Shown one piece after another: positions 8,920 to 19,072 of a stretch of 64,000 bases of DNA. Source of the DNA: Candidatus Omnitrophota bacterium (GTDB lineage Bacteria > Omnitrophota > Omnitrophia > Omnitrophales > Aquincolibacteriaceae); assembly GCA_022711115.1 (NCBI GenBank), contig JAKLFP010000002.1, positions 207,674 through 271,673 of the forward strand, in the 5' to 3' direction. The position numbers and the translations under genes were made by a program. The notes below the pieces were generated by a model. The model searched no databases and was not told the DNA's origin. It saw only the letters and a list, made by a program, of their open reading frames with translations. How positions within the stretch are numbered: the stretch's first letter is position 1; every line of letters starts with the position of its first letter.

Positions 8920-10472
8920 AACGCCTTGACCTTCTGATCGACAATATCACGCCCGATCACATCATTCGGCAAAACACCACCGGGCCGCACGATCTTCACC
9001 GTCAAAAAGATCAGAAGATCAGTTTTCTGTTTGCTATCGGTTTTTCTGTCAAACAGTTTTCCAAAAATCGGAATATTGCTAAGCCCAGGAACTCCGGTGG
9101 TCAAATCTTTCTTGGCATCCTTGAGCAGTCCGCCAAGCACAACGGTTTCCCCATCCTCGACCACCATCTGCGTCTCCGCCTCCCGGGTATTGATAATGGG
9201 ATATTGGGCAATAATGGGCGGCGTATCCCCTGCCGCCACAGGAGGCCCGTTGATATCAACGGTTTTCGTGTAATCGGAAACTGTCGGATGGACAATCAAA
9301 TTCACTTGATCCTCGTTATCACCGCAGATCTGCGGGACCACACGCAACTGGATCCCGATGTTTTGATAAAACGAGAGCGAACCACCCACCGTATTATCGG
9401 TATAAGTACTCGAGCTGGTTTCGATAATCGGAAACTGCTGGCCGACCAGGATCGTGGCCTCCCGCCCATCCATGGTAAGCACCGTAGGCGTTGAAAGCGT
9501 GTTGGTGTCGGCATCGGCCTGAAGCGCATGCAACACGGCGTCAAACTTTGTCCCATTGACCTTCATAAAATCCAATTTAAGACCCGATTTATAGGGATCC
9601 AGATCGATATTATCCGTCTGGAAAGCGGATGGTTTGGTCACTTCACTATAGCGGCTTGCAGCTCCTAGCTTGAAATCCTTATTTACAATAGACCCTGGCG
9701 TCGGGGTCGTATTAATCGTCCCAAAATCAAGACCGAGGTCAAACGCCTTGCCACGATTGACTTCCAGCATGATCGCCCGAATCAAAACCTGCTTCGGCGC
9801 AACATCCATCTCTGCAATAAGCTTAGCTACCTGACGCACCACCGCCGGCGTATCCGCAATCGCGAGGATCTTGGTCCGGGTCATTTTGTTCGTATTTTGA
9901 GTTGCCACCGGTTGGTTGTAGGTTCCCGAAGAATTGGACTGCACATTGATCATGCCGCTTGTGGTCGCGGAGAACCCCCAGCCCTGCTTGTTGACAACAT
10001 CCATCACGGAGATCTTCCCCTCCTTAGTCAGGAACGGCTGGATCATTTTTGCGGCATCCGCGGCTTCCACGTGTTTAAGCTTGAACGCTTCAATCTTCAT
10101 CCCCCCGGAAGCGAACAAGGCATCGTCTTCCTTTTTCTGGTCCTCCTGGATCTTGCTCAAGGCAGAGACGGTAATGACGGGACCGTCTTGCGTGTAACCG
10201 AGATCGTACATTTTAAGAATGACTTTAAGAGCCGTTTTCCAGTCCACCGCCTCCAGATCCACGGTGACAAGGCCATACACCTCCGGCGTCGCCACGATAT
10301 TGACCTTCTGACCTTCCTGCGCGGCTTTTTTCTCGATAGCTTTGAGTACGGTACCGATATCGGTATCTTTAAATCTCAGACTGCTCAGATCCTGCTTTGC
10401 GGCATGACCTAAAGATGATAGCGAAAACATAGTCACCATAAAAAACGCGGTGACAATGATCTTGACCTTCAT
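8916..10472 (-). CDS. pilQ: type IV pilus / T2SS secretin (PilQ/GspD family)
   Basis: A signal peptide is followed by a canonical secretin C-domain (VVLGGLLKD...TGVPGLSNIPIFGKLF...DLLIFLTVKIV). Confidence 0.9.
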   Translation of the reverse strand: MKVKIIVTAFFMVTMFSLSSLGHAAKQDLSSLRFKDTDIGTVLKAIEKKAAQEGQKVNIVATPEVYGLVTVDLEAVDWKTALKVILKMYDLGYTQDGPVITVSALSKIQEDQKKEDDALFASGGMKIEAFKLKHVEAADAAKMIQPFLTKEGKISVMDVVNKQGWGFSATTSGMINVQSNSSGTYNQPVATQNTNKMTRTKILAIADTPAVVRQVAKLIAEMDVAPKQVLIRAIMLEVNRGKAFDLGLDFGTINTTPTPGSIVNKDFKLGAASRYSEVTKPSAFQTDNIDLDPYKSGLKLDFMKVNGTKFDAVLHALQADADTNTLSTPTVLTMDGREATILVGQQFPIIETSSSTYTDNTVGGSLSFYQNIGIQLRVVPQICGDNEDQVNLIVHPTVSDYTKTVDINGPPVAAGDTPPIIAQYPIINTREAETQMVVEDGETVVLGGLLKDAKKDLTTGVPGLSNIPIFGKLFDRKTDSKQKTDLLIFLTVKIVRPGGVLPNDVIGRDIVDQKVKAL

Positions 10473-10547
10473 GACTCCTCCGTCCATGATGACCGTTCAG
10501 CCCTGTTTTTCGCATAGGCCAACAGCCTTGCATTGCAACCCATGAAT

Positions 10548-11027
10548 CTAATTTTTATGGGGTGCTAAATGCAATTCGAACTCCGAAACATTATCTTTCA
10601 GCCGGACACTGCCCGGTTGGATCTTGACGACCTGAAACTCGCCAAGGGCGTCTCCTTCGTTCAAAAAAATCCGGTTAATAATGACCGTCGGCTTTTGAGG
10701 ATCCCACATGATGCCCCCCAAAACCAAAGTTTGCCGCGAACCCATGGCATCCAGTCTCTTGCTCGCAAAAGGATCCCTTCCAACCGGTAATGCATCCACT
10801 ATGGCATTAAACCTGACAACAAAATTATCGTCTTTAACGTTCCTTCTCTTGACCTCCAAGAGAGAAGATTGTCGCGGAGTGCTCGGAACAGTTTCCGAGA
10901 TGATTTCTGCGACTGGCGCCGTACTTCGCGGTCCTTTGTTCTGCTGAAAAAGAGACCTAATCCCCCCAAAAAGCAAAATCACCAAAATGATGACAATGCC
11001 TAGCTCGATGATATCCTTGCGTCTCAT
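10548..11027 (-). CDS. PilP-like pilus assembly lipoprotein
   Basis: An N-terminal TM helix and a C-terminal beta-domain, positioned between pilO and pilQ. Confidence 0.5.
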   Translation of the reverse strand: MRRKDIIELGIVIILVILLFGGIRSLFQQNKGPRSTAPVAEIISETVPSTPRQSSLLEVKRRNVKDDNFVVRFNAIVDALPVGRDPFASKRLDAMGSRQTLVLGGIMWDPQKPTVIINRIFLNEGDALGEFQVVKIQPGSVRLKDNVSEFELHLAPHKN

Positions 11028-11617
11028 TTCGGCTCCAAAAGAAACAAGTTCAACTCCATCTGGATCTCCAGTCCTGGCACCGCCGGCAACACATCCGTTA
11101 TTTCCATTTTTTCGACAGTCAGATACGCCGGCAAAACCTTACGCAACGCTTCCAAATACTTGACCAGGTTCAGATAACCAGCCCTCATTTTCATGGCCAC
11201 TAAAACGGAAAGGCATGTCTTGCCCTCCACCACAACAGGGCGAGCAAGGCTGCCCTTAAAAATAACGGCAGGCTTCGCGCTGATCTTGTCTACATGAATT
11301 TGAAACTTACGCGCATAATCCGAAAGCATGACCAGTGATTTATGCTCATCATAAGGAAATTTTCGGGCAAGTTCTTTTTGTTCGCGAATGAAATAGGCCG
11401 CTACTTGGTCCGGATCTTTCACATGCTCAATCACCTGTCTCACCCATGACAATTGTTTCTTAAGGAAAAAATCCTGGGTCTTGACTGTTTCAAACGCAGT
11501 TTCCGCCGGCTGCAACGCAAAAACATAAAAGAGAACCACCGCGGCACAAAAAAGCACCCCCCACGCAACAATGATGACCTGCGCAAAAGTGATCTTGGGA
11601 CCTTGAACATTAATCAT
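11024..11617 (-). CDS. PilO/GspM-like inner-membrane assembly protein
   Basis: A single TM helix plus a periplasmic domain. Position within the operon supports the call. Confidence 0.55.
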   Translation of the reverse strand: MINVQGPKITFAQVIIVAWGVLFCAAVVLFYVFALQPAETAFETVKTQDFFLKKQLSWVRQVIEHVKDPDQVAAYFIREQKELARKFPYDEHKSLVMLSDYARKFQIHVDKISAKPAVIFKGSLARPVVVEGKTCLSVLVAMKMRAGYLNLVKYLEALRKVLPAYLTVEKMEITDVLPAVPGLEIQMELNLFLLEPK

Positions 11618-13199
11618 CTTTAAAAACCCCCTCGATACGAGACAAAGCCTCGGATTCCCCGAAAACAGGAGAAGAAGAAACCTTATCAAAAAAAGATGTC
11701 CCTCTCAATCTTGAAACAAAATCATCGACTACTTCGGCGCTTTGGATCCTTGAAAGCTCGATGGCGACCTCCAGAACGACCCTCTTTAAAGCAGCATCCA
11801 AAAAGAATTTCTTTATGACCATTTGCTCCGGCAACAAATACCCCAGCAGCTTCAAAACTTTTTCAGCCGGAACGGTCCCTCGTTCGATCTCCGAAACCAA
11901 GAAATGACGGGGAAAGGCCTTGCTGGAAAGCTCTGCAAAATTTCCCAATGTCTTAAGATGTCTTTCATCCATAGCGACATATTGCGCGTAATAAGCGGTC
12001 TGAAGCTTTACGAAGAAGAAAGACATCGCAAAAAACCCCGTCAGCCCCACTGTCAAAAGCAAAAGAATCTTTCGCTGAAATGCCTCAAATCTACGGCTTC
12101 TGAATTCAAACGGAAGAAAATTAACAGCTTCTTGCCCGGCAAAAACTCCCGCGACGCCGCTGACAAACTGACTCGTCTGAAAACTGTCACGTCCACCTTC
12201 CGCGGTCGGTCCTTTTTGATTTTGAATTTTGGCCGGAAGAAACAGATTGTGAACATTCATCCCGAGCCCCCGGCCAAGAAAGACATCCAGATTTTTGAAG
12301 GTCGCTCCGTGTCCCGTTAAAAAAAGTTTGGTGGGCGCAGTTTCCTTCCACCGGGTTTCATAATAGGAAAAAGAATAACGCATCTCCCGAACGAGTCCTT
12401 CCAAAAGAGGACGGATCAAGGCATAGAACTTTCCGATCCGGCTTGCTCCGTCTAAAACGGCGGTTTCTTCATCCGGAACGCCGTACATCTGAAGCACCTG
12501 CTCGACTTTTTGATCGGCAGCTTCTCCCTGTGTCTGAGATTCAAGAAATAAAGGATCGTTTAAACATTGTTTGATCTTGGCGAATGAAAAAGCCAGATCT
12601 CGGAAAAAGATCAACTGATTGCGTTTGTAAATCGCCAAGGTCGAATGATTATACCCGACATCCAGCAGGGCCTGGGTTTCGGCAGTCTCGCCCAACCAAG
12701 CAAGCATCTTCGGATAATCCAGCGGTGCAGCGGTCACCCGTTCGATATCAAAACCGGCTCGGGTCAGCACTAAAAGAAGGGATTGCAGGAGTTTCTGCTG
12801 TACTGTCGCATAGACCACAGCGCACTTTTGGGCCTGATCATCGTCTGTGAATTCTTTGACCACCTGATAATTAAAAAGCACTTGCGCTTGGCTCTTGGGA
12901 TCTTCATCTCTCGCATGCCAGGTCAGCGCCTGGACAAGTTCCTTGGCGGGCATCATGGGAAGGATGACGTTTTTGATCATGATGACGTTCGGGTCATAGA
13001 TCGTGACAAATACCTTGCGAGAAGAGATCCGATGCTGCCTTACAAACAACAGCATAGCTTCCCGAAGATTGACTTTGATATCTTCTTGACTAGGAAGGAC
13101 ATGCGTCATTTCCTGCGAGATCGTTACCTGGTCCTTTTCTTTTTGCAAAAGCAAGATCTTGACCCTGTGCTTTCCGATCTCAACGGCTAAAAACGACAT
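11610..13199 (-). CDS. fused PilM (actin-like ATPase fold) - PilN protein (GspL-like)
   Basis: An N-terminal PilM-like region of roughly 350 aa is followed by a TM helix (ILLLLTVGLTGFFAMSFFFV) and then a PilN-like periplasmic domain. Confidence 0.7.
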   Translation of the reverse strand: MSFLAVEIGKHRVKILLLQKEKDQVTISQEMTHVLPSQEDIKVNLREAMLLFVRQHRISSRKVFVTIYDPNVIMIKNVILPMMPAKELVQALTWHARDEDPKSQAQVLFNYQVVKEFTDDDQAQKCAVVYATVQQKLLQSLLLVLTRAGFDIERVTAAPLDYPKMLAWLGETAETQALLDVGYNHSTLAIYKRNQLIFFRDLAFSFAKIKQCLNDPLFLESQTQGEAADQKVEQVLQMYGVPDEETAVLDGASRIGKFYALIRPLLEGLVREMRYSFSYYETRWKETAPTKLFLTGHGATFKNLDVFLGRGLGMNVHNLFLPAKIQNQKGPTAEGGRDSFQTSQFVSGVAGVFAGQEAVNFLPFEFRSRRFEAFQRKILLLLTVGLTGFFAMSFFFVKLQTAYYAQYVAMDERHLKTLGNFAELSSKAFPRHFLVSEIERGTVPAEKVLKLLGYLLPEQMVIKKFFLDAALKRVVLEVAIELSRIQSAEVVDDFVSRLRGTSFFDKVSSSPVFGESEALSRIEGVFKDD

Positions 13200-13227
13200 G
13201 GGGTGTTTTGACTTTCTTATTTTAGTT

Positions 13228-13779
13228 TTAGATGTACTTGTTCACTTGAACGGAAGAGCTCTGCTGACTCATCCCCTCTAGATTATCGGAAGAACCCGTG
13301 CCGTTTTGAGCTATTAAATTGATCGCGATGCGCCGGACATCGGCCGCCGTATTCGTCACGGCTTCATTAGCGTCATAATATGTGAATAAAGCCCCGCTAA
13401 CGCCTGCAAGGACCATGTCCGATGCCGCCCCGTCGGGGACAAGAGCCTCCGCTCCGGTATCGATCTTGCGATAAAGTTTCCCAAGACCCACATCAAGACG
13501 GTAGGATATGGTGTGGTCATCCTGGTTGGTAACAATGATTTGATTGGGACTTGCCGTCGTCACGGCTTTGCTGAACCTTAACCCCTTCGCCAGCACATCT
13601 CCTTCGATCATGGTTTCCATGGCGCTGGCGGCCGTAAGATCCGCATTGACCTGGCTGGGTAAATAAAATGTATTATTGATTACAAACTTTGAGATGTGGA
13701 GCGATCCCACGGTCAGGAGTGCGATGATCAAAATCGTCATCACGACTTCAAGGATTGTAAACCCTTTAGCGTGTTTCAT
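13228..13779 (-). CDS. prepilin-type N-terminal cleavage/methylation domain protein (minor pilin)
   Basis: The N-terminus reads KGFTILEVVMTILIIALL. Confidence 0.75.
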   Translation of the reverse strand: MKHAKGFTILEVVMTILIIALLTVGSLHISKFVINNTFYLPSQVNADLTAASAMETMIEGDVLAKGLRFSKAVTTASPNQIIVTNQDDHTISYRLDVGLGKLYRKIDTGAEALVPDGAASDMVLAGVSGALFTYYDANEAVTNTAADVRRIAINLIAQNGTGSSDNLEGMSQQSSSVQVNKYI

Positions 13780-14159
13780 AAACCGTGCGTCACATCTTTT
13801 GTGATGGAACCATAAAGCGTCACTATATCCGTTGCCGACCCGGTCCGTTTGGCAGTCAAGGTAATGTCTTTTCTCTCCGCACCCCCGCCCCCCACCACCG
13901 TTGCCACAGTCCAGGTCACCGTATAGGAACCGTCTACAGAACTTCCGTTTGCAAGAGAACCATACGGAATATTATGCAATCTTTCCATTGCTTGGCGCGC
14001 CAAGTTGCCGGATGCCGTAAAATCAGTCGAGGTCATCATGCCCTGGATCTGTGAGCCGATCATGGAAGCCATCGGGATGGCGACCAAAGCCAAAATAACT
14101 GCCGCCATAATCAGTTCAATCAGCGTCACACCCTTGGAGAAATTATGGTTTCGTCGCAT
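13776..14159 (-). CDS. prepilin-type minor pilin
   Basis: The N-terminus reads SKGVTLIELIMAAVILALV. The start was chosen at MRRNH. Confidence 0.65.
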   Translation of the reverse strand: MRRNHNFSKGVTLIELIMAAVILALVAIPMASMIGSQIQGMMTSTDFTASGNLARQAMERLHNIPYGSLANGSSVDGSYTVTWTVATVVGGGGAERKDITLTAKRTGSATDIVTLYGSITKDVTHGL

Positions 14160-15207
14160 TGTAATAATCCAGAATCTCTTGAGCGGTCTTTTGACAGGCA
14201 TAGATATAAGCCTCATCGATCGTTCCGATAAATCGTGTCGTAGCACTATTGGTCGCCCGTGTCCCGATCTGTAAATTCCCGGCGGTCGCCCTTGCTACCC
14301 GGACTGTGGCATCAAAATTGACCGGATTACCATTCAAATAAAGACGCATGCCGGTCGCGCCCCAAGTTCCTGCGACGTGATACCAAGTGTTGAGTGCGAG
14401 ATTAGTATTTTCAGTCACACTTCGTTCGACACCTCCGGCATCGCGCAGTAAAATGCGAATACGACGGTTCGCTCCTGTTCGATTGATGACAAGCCCATAG
14501 GCTTCATCGTTGGAGTTGGATAAATTCCCTTTATGCACAATGCCTGCATTATTATTAACTTGAGCTGTAATATAAATCCACGCCATGATCGATCCAGAGG
14601 TCGTCAAATCAAGCCCATTGGCATCGGGAACAGTGACATAGTTATGCGTCGCTCCCTGGTTAAACCTTAACGCGGTTCCAATACGCCCTGCAACCCATGC
14701 GGGGCCTGTCGCATTGGAAGGGGTCAGCGTTCCCACATAGGGAGCGGTCCCTGTGGTAAAACCCGCTCCTTCGCTAAAAGGCCACCAGATTTGATCGCAA
14801 CAGACGGGCGGCGGGATGCCCGTACCCTCTCCTTCAAGATAAAGGGTTATTTTTGTCGCAGAATGATCGTATTGGGCAAAAACCGTACGAGATATCGAAT
14901 TACCCGAAGCAACTGAAGTCCCTATCGATTTGAGTTGATAAATATTCGAGCACTGGGCTACCACGGTAACCACAATTTGATTATTGGCATCCCAATTCGT
15001 GACAGGAAGCGGCGTCCCCGTCGACTTGATGTTGAAAATGGCTTTGTGAATCCCAGACTCGGCGAGATACAGGGCCTTCATACTGCGCGTCTGGGCATCA
15101 TAGCGGGTGATACTGCTTGTAATAAAAAAGGTGGTCCCGAAGACAATGATAGGGACAAGGATGATAATGATCAAAACGGTCATGAGAGCAAATCCCCTGC
15201 TCTTCAA
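14143..15207 (-). CDS. PilX/GspK-like minor pilin with a C-terminal LamG/concanavalin-like domain
   Basis: The N-terminus MKSRGFALMTVLIIIIL has no Glu5. A PilX_N-like ALYLAESG motif is present. The C-terminal region resembles a LamG jelly-roll (NGNPVNF...IDEAYIYA). Confidence 0.6.
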   Translation of the reverse strand: MKSRGFALMTVLIIIILVPIIVFGTTFFITSSITRYDAQTRSMKALYLAESGIHKAIFNIKSTGTPLPVTNWDANNQIVVTVVAQCSNIYQLKSIGTSVASGNSISRTVFAQYDHSATKITLYLEGEGTGIPPPVCCDQIWWPFSEGAGFTTGTAPYVGTLTPSNATGPAWVAGRIGTALRFNQGATHNYVTVPDANGLDLTTSGSIMAWIYITAQVNNNAGIVHKGNLSNSNDEAYGLVINRTGANRRIRILLRDAGGVERSVTENTNLALNTWYHVAGTWGATGMRLYLNGNPVNFDATVRVARATAGNLQIGTRATNSATTRFIGTIDEAYIYACQKTAQEILDYYNATKP

Positions 15208-15282
15208 AAATCCTCCCTTGAAAAATGAAGGGATGGCGCTTTTAAAAGCGCCATCCCATAACGTTAAAATGGTCTAAAATAC

Positions 15283-15651
15283 TTAAACGAATTGCCCAGT
15301 CGCTGCGGTATAGGTATACGTCGTGCCGGCCGGTCCGGTATAAGTTGTCGCACTTGCCTTGGTCCAATCCTGCTGAATACCGCCTTGATCCAAAATGGTA
15401 TCAAAGCATTTATTGGCTACCGCACAGGCTCCGACAGCCGCAGCATCTAGCGTCGCGGGATAGGCTTTATTCTTGGCGAAATAAGTGTAAATCCCGGATC
15501 TCACAGCACCCACCACTCCCTGTTCAGCAGCCGTTTTGGCATCCGTGGTGAGATCATAGTATTTGGGAATGGCCACAATGGCCAAGAGTCCCAATAGTAC
15601 AATGACCATAATCAATTCAATCAGCGTAAAACCTCTTTGATTTTTCCTCAT
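15283..15651 (-). CDS. type IV (pseudo)pilin, major pilin candidate (PilA/GspG-like)
   Basis: MRKNQRGFTLIELIMVIVLLGLLAIVAIP. The protein is 122 aa and its gene directly follows pilC. Confidence 0.8.
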   Translation of the reverse strand: MRKNQRGFTLIELIMVIVLLGLLAIVAIPKYYDLTTDAKTAAEQGVVGAVRSGIYTYFAKNKAYPATLDAAAVGACAVANKCFDTILDQGGIQQDWTKASATTYTGPAGTTYTYTAATGQFV

Positions 15652-15686
15652 TGCTTTCTCCTTTCAGCGAGAAATGTTTAAAAATA

Positions 15687-16901
15687 TTACTTTCGGAACA
15701 AACTGATAAGATTCCACATTGGCAAAAACATTCCCAACGCCAAAATAAGAACCATGCAACCAAGGACCACGATCAGCATCGGTTCAATAAGGGCCATGAG
15801 ATTGTCTACCGTATACGCTACCTGCATATCATAATAGTCTGAGACCTTTAAAAGCAATTCATCAATTTTACCGGTCTCTTCCCCCACCCGAACCATGCGT
15901 ACGACCGCCGGCGGAAAAATCTTGCTGGCCTTCATGGGCTCGGTCATTCCCGAACCTTCAATCACGCTCACCCGAATCTTATCAATCGCCTGGGCAACCA
16001 CCCTATTTTCCGCACTCCCATAAGCGATCTCTAGGGCCTTGACGGCCGTAATACCGCTTTGAATAAGCATGGACATGACTCGCGCAAAGCGGGACATATC
16101 GGCTTTCAATATTAACGGACCAAAGACCGGCAACTTGAGTATCATCTGATCCCAATAAAGTTTCCCCATCGGCGTTGTCAAAAACTTCCGAAAAAGAACC
16201 ACCGCCAAAATAAGCCCCGCAGCCATGAGCCAGCCGTAATGAACGGTTGCTTCATGGATCCCCAATAAAATACGCGTCGGCAGCGGGAGTATAACGTTGC
16301 GCTGAGCAAATAATTGGGCAAAGCGCGGAATGATGAAATTCGTCAGTGTAAAAAAAGCCAGCATGATCGCACTCAGAACGATGATGGGATAACGCAAAGC
16401 GGCTTTGATGCGCAAACGGAGTTTTTCCTCGGCCTCTCCAATATAGATCAGCCTCTCAAGGATCTGTTCCAATCGCCCCGATATTTCTCCAGCGCTGAAC
16501 ATATTCACGTAAAGTGAGTTAAAGGCTTGGGGATAACGCGCCAAACTTTCGGAGATGCTCGCGCCACCTCGAATGCTCCCCAATAAACCGTCCACAATAT
16601 TTTTGAGTAAGGGATTGCGGTCTTGTTCGCCGATGACTTCCAAAGATGCGGGAACCGTGAGGCCGGCTTTGACCAGGGTATAAAATTCACGCGTAAAACC
16701 GTTGATATCCGAGATTTTGAGCCGCCGGAAACGTTCAAAAAAACTCAAGGAAACGGAACTGCGGGACGGCGAGATCTGGAGCGGCGTCAAACCATCTTGT
16801 TTGAGGGCATTCCCTGCCTCAATTTCGTTATTCGCAGTGAGTTGGCCCGTGATAAGCTTGCCGAAATTATCCCGCGCCTTGTACTGGAAAAGGGTTGCCA
16901 T
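15687..16901 (-). CDS. pilC: type II secretion system F family platform protein (PilC/GspF)
   Basis: A 404-aa protein with two GspF repeats and three TM segments. Confidence 0.9.
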   Translation of the reverse strand: MATLFQYKARDNFGKLITGQLTANNEIEAGNALKQDGLTPLQISPSRSSVSLSFFERFRRLKISDINGFTREFYTLVKAGLTVPASLEVIGEQDRNPLLKNIVDGLLGSIRGGASISESLARYPQAFNSLYVNMFSAGEISGRLEQILERLIYIGEAEEKLRLRIKAALRYPIIVLSAIMLAFFTLTNFIIPRFAQLFAQRNVILPLPTRILLGIHEATVHYGWLMAAGLILAVVLFRKFLTTPMGKLYWDQMILKLPVFGPLILKADMSRFARVMSMLIQSGITAVKALEIAYGSAENRVVAQAIDKIRVSVIEGSGMTEPMKASKIFPPAVVRMVRVGEETGKIDELLLKVSDYYDMQVAYTVDNLMALIEPMLIVVLGCMVLILALGMFLPMWNLISLFRK

Positions 16902-18571
16902 TATTCGATCTCAGTAACGCGCAGAACCTCTTCCAAGGGCGTCAGACCCTGCTGAACTTTATCCAGACCGTCCTGTCTCAAAGTCTTCATCCCCTGTTCT
17001 ATAGCTTTTTTCTTTATGTCCATGGCTGAGCGCTTGTTGTCGACCATTGCCTTTATCTCATCATTCAGGGTCAAGAACTCAAAAATACCGATGCGACCCA
17101 TAAATCCGGTTTGATCGCACTTGGAACATCCTTTCCCTCGCATAAGTTGCACACCCTCCGGAAGCCCAACGCTCTGCAAAACAGCATGTGGTAACGCATA
17201 GGATTCCCGGCATTTCAAGCAATTCACGCGAACAAGACGTTGGGCCAGAATCCCAATCACCGAACTTGAAATCAGAAAAGGTTCGATACCCATATCGATA
17301 AGACGGGTCAAAGCCGAGGAAGCATCATTCGTGTGCAGCGTCGAGAAAACAAGATGGCCTGTCAACGAAGCCTGAATGGCCACCTCCACGGTTTCCCGAT
17401 CGCGAATCTCACCTACCATCATAGTATCCGGATCCTGACGAAGAAATCCGCGCAACCCATTGGCGAACGTAATCCCCGCTTTGGGGTTCACCTGCGTCTG
17501 ACGAATCCTCGGGATCACATACTCCACAGGGTCTTCAATGGTCACGATATTCTTTTGTTCCGCATTAATCTTGGAGAGTGCGGAATAAAGAGTCGTCGTT
17601 TTTCCGCTTCCGGTAGGACCCGTCACCAAAATAATCCCGAAAGGACGTGCGATCATCCGTGTAAAGCATTCCAAAATTTCCTTTGAAAAACCTAGTTCGG
17701 CAAGGTTCGGAAGCATCGCGCGTTTGTCCAAAAGCCGAAGAACAACATTCTCGCCAAACAATGTGGGAAATGTCGAAACACGAATGTCCAGGTCCTTGCC
17801 TTCAAGCTCGGTATGAATCTTACCGTCCTGGGGCTTTCGGTTTTCGGTGATATCCAAACCAGCCAGGATTTTGATCCTTGAAACAACCGGGTTCAGTATC
17901 TCAGAAGGAAATGTCGTAATCTGACTCAGCAACCCGTCGACCCGGAAACGAACCGCCACAATGCTTTCTTCGGGTTCGATGTGAATATCCGAAGCGCGAG
18001 ACTGGACAGCTTGGGAGAGTAGACTGTCGACAAGTTTGCTGATCGAAGTCCGTTCCGTAATTTCGCCAAGGATCGTTCCTTGTGCCGCAGGTGCTTTTTC
18101 CTTTTCAATAGACTTCACGATCTCTGCCACCGAGCCGTAGGAGTGGTAATAGGCATTGTAGGCCTTTTGAAATCCTCCCAAAGAAACAAGTACGGGATCG
18201 ACGACATCAAAATTGGTCACCGCACGAACCTGATCGATCGCGATAATATTATGAGGATCGACCATCCCGATCGACAGGGAATTCCCTGTCGTAAAAAGAG
18301 GAATGACATTGTACTTCTTGACAATGCTTTCGGGAACCAATTTGACAAGAGCACGATCAAGCCGGTAGTTATTCAGATCAACGTAGGGGACACCAAGCAG
18401 AGACGCCTTGGTATTGGCAATATCCTCTTCGGTGACATACCCGCTTTTGACCAATACGATTTCAAGCGGCTGACCGACGCGCGCAGCCTCTTTGGTGGCT
18501 CGTTCAGCCTCTTCCGGCCGAAGAAGCTCCTGCTTCAGCAGTAGATCAATGATTTTCATGGGTTGTGCCAT
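16901..18571 (-). CDS. pilB: type IV pilus assembly / T2SS ATPase (PilB/GspE)
   Basis: It has a GspE N-domain, Walker A GPTGSGKTTT, Asp and His boxes, and a C-terminal CxxC...CxxC motif. Confidence 0.9.
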   Translation of the reverse strand: MAQPMKIIDLLLKQELLRPEEAERATKEAARVGQPLEIVLVKSGYVTEEDIANTKASLLGVPYVDLNNYRLDRALVKLVPESIVKKYNVIPLFTTGNSLSIGMVDPHNIIAIDQVRAVTNFDVVDPVLVSLGGFQKAYNAYYHSYGSVAEIVKSIEKEKAPAAQGTILGEITERTSISKLVDSLLSQAVQSRASDIHIEPEESIVAVRFRVDGLLSQITTFPSEILNPVVSRIKILAGLDITENRKPQDGKIHTELEGKDLDIRVSTFPTLFGENVVLRLLDKRAMLPNLAELGFSKEILECFTRMIARPFGIILVTGPTGSGKTTTLYSALSKINAEQKNIVTIEDPVEYVIPRIRQTQVNPKAGITFANGLRGFLRQDPDTMMVGEIRDRETVEVAIQASLTGHLVFSTLHTNDASSALTRLIDMGIEPFLISSSVIGILAQRLVRVNCLKCRESYALPHAVLQSVGLPEGVQLMRGKGCSKCDQTGFMGRIGIFEFLTLNDEIKAMVDNKRSAMDIKKKAIEQGMKTLRQDGLDKVQQGLTPLEEVLRVTEIE

Positions 18572-18603
18572 AGGTCTCCCGCCAAAAGAAATAAGAGGTC
18601 GAC

Positions 18604-18972
18604 TTAACTTCCCAGCAATTTCTGGATCGTTTCGATAAACGCCTTCAGGTCAAAGGGTTTTGTCAAATAGCCATCCGCACCCACTTCTACGGCCAATTTG
18701 CGGTCCGCCTCACTTCCCTTTGCGGAAAAAATAACGATGGGAATATGCTCATACGCTTTATCAAATTTCAGCATCCGACAAACTTTATAACCGTCCAGCT
18801 TAGGGAGCATAAGGTCCAAAAGAATCAAATCCGGAGAATCTTTTCGAGCTGATTCAAGACCCTCCTGCCCATCCATGGCAGTAATCACTTCACAACCTAT
18901 TGCGGAAAGACGAGCCGATACAATTTGACGTATATCCGCCTCATCATCCACAAGCAGTATCTTTTTTTTCAT
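18604..18972 (-). CDS. stand-alone response regulator receiver (CheY-like)
   Basis: LLVDDE...DLILLDLMLP...YLTKPF. Confidence 0.85.
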   Translation of the reverse strand: MKKKILLVDDEADIRQIVSARLSAIGCEVITAMDGQEGLESARKDSPDLILLDLMLPKLDGYKVCRMLKFDKAYEHIPIVIFSAKGSEADRKLAVEVGADGYLTKPFDLKAFIETIQKLLGS

Positions 18973-19072
18973 TGCTTAACCCTTCGCTGTTCATAGCGAC
19001 TCAAAAAACCTTTAATAAAATATCGACATAAATCTCCCGGACTAAAACAACCTGGATGCACAAGTCCCGGGT

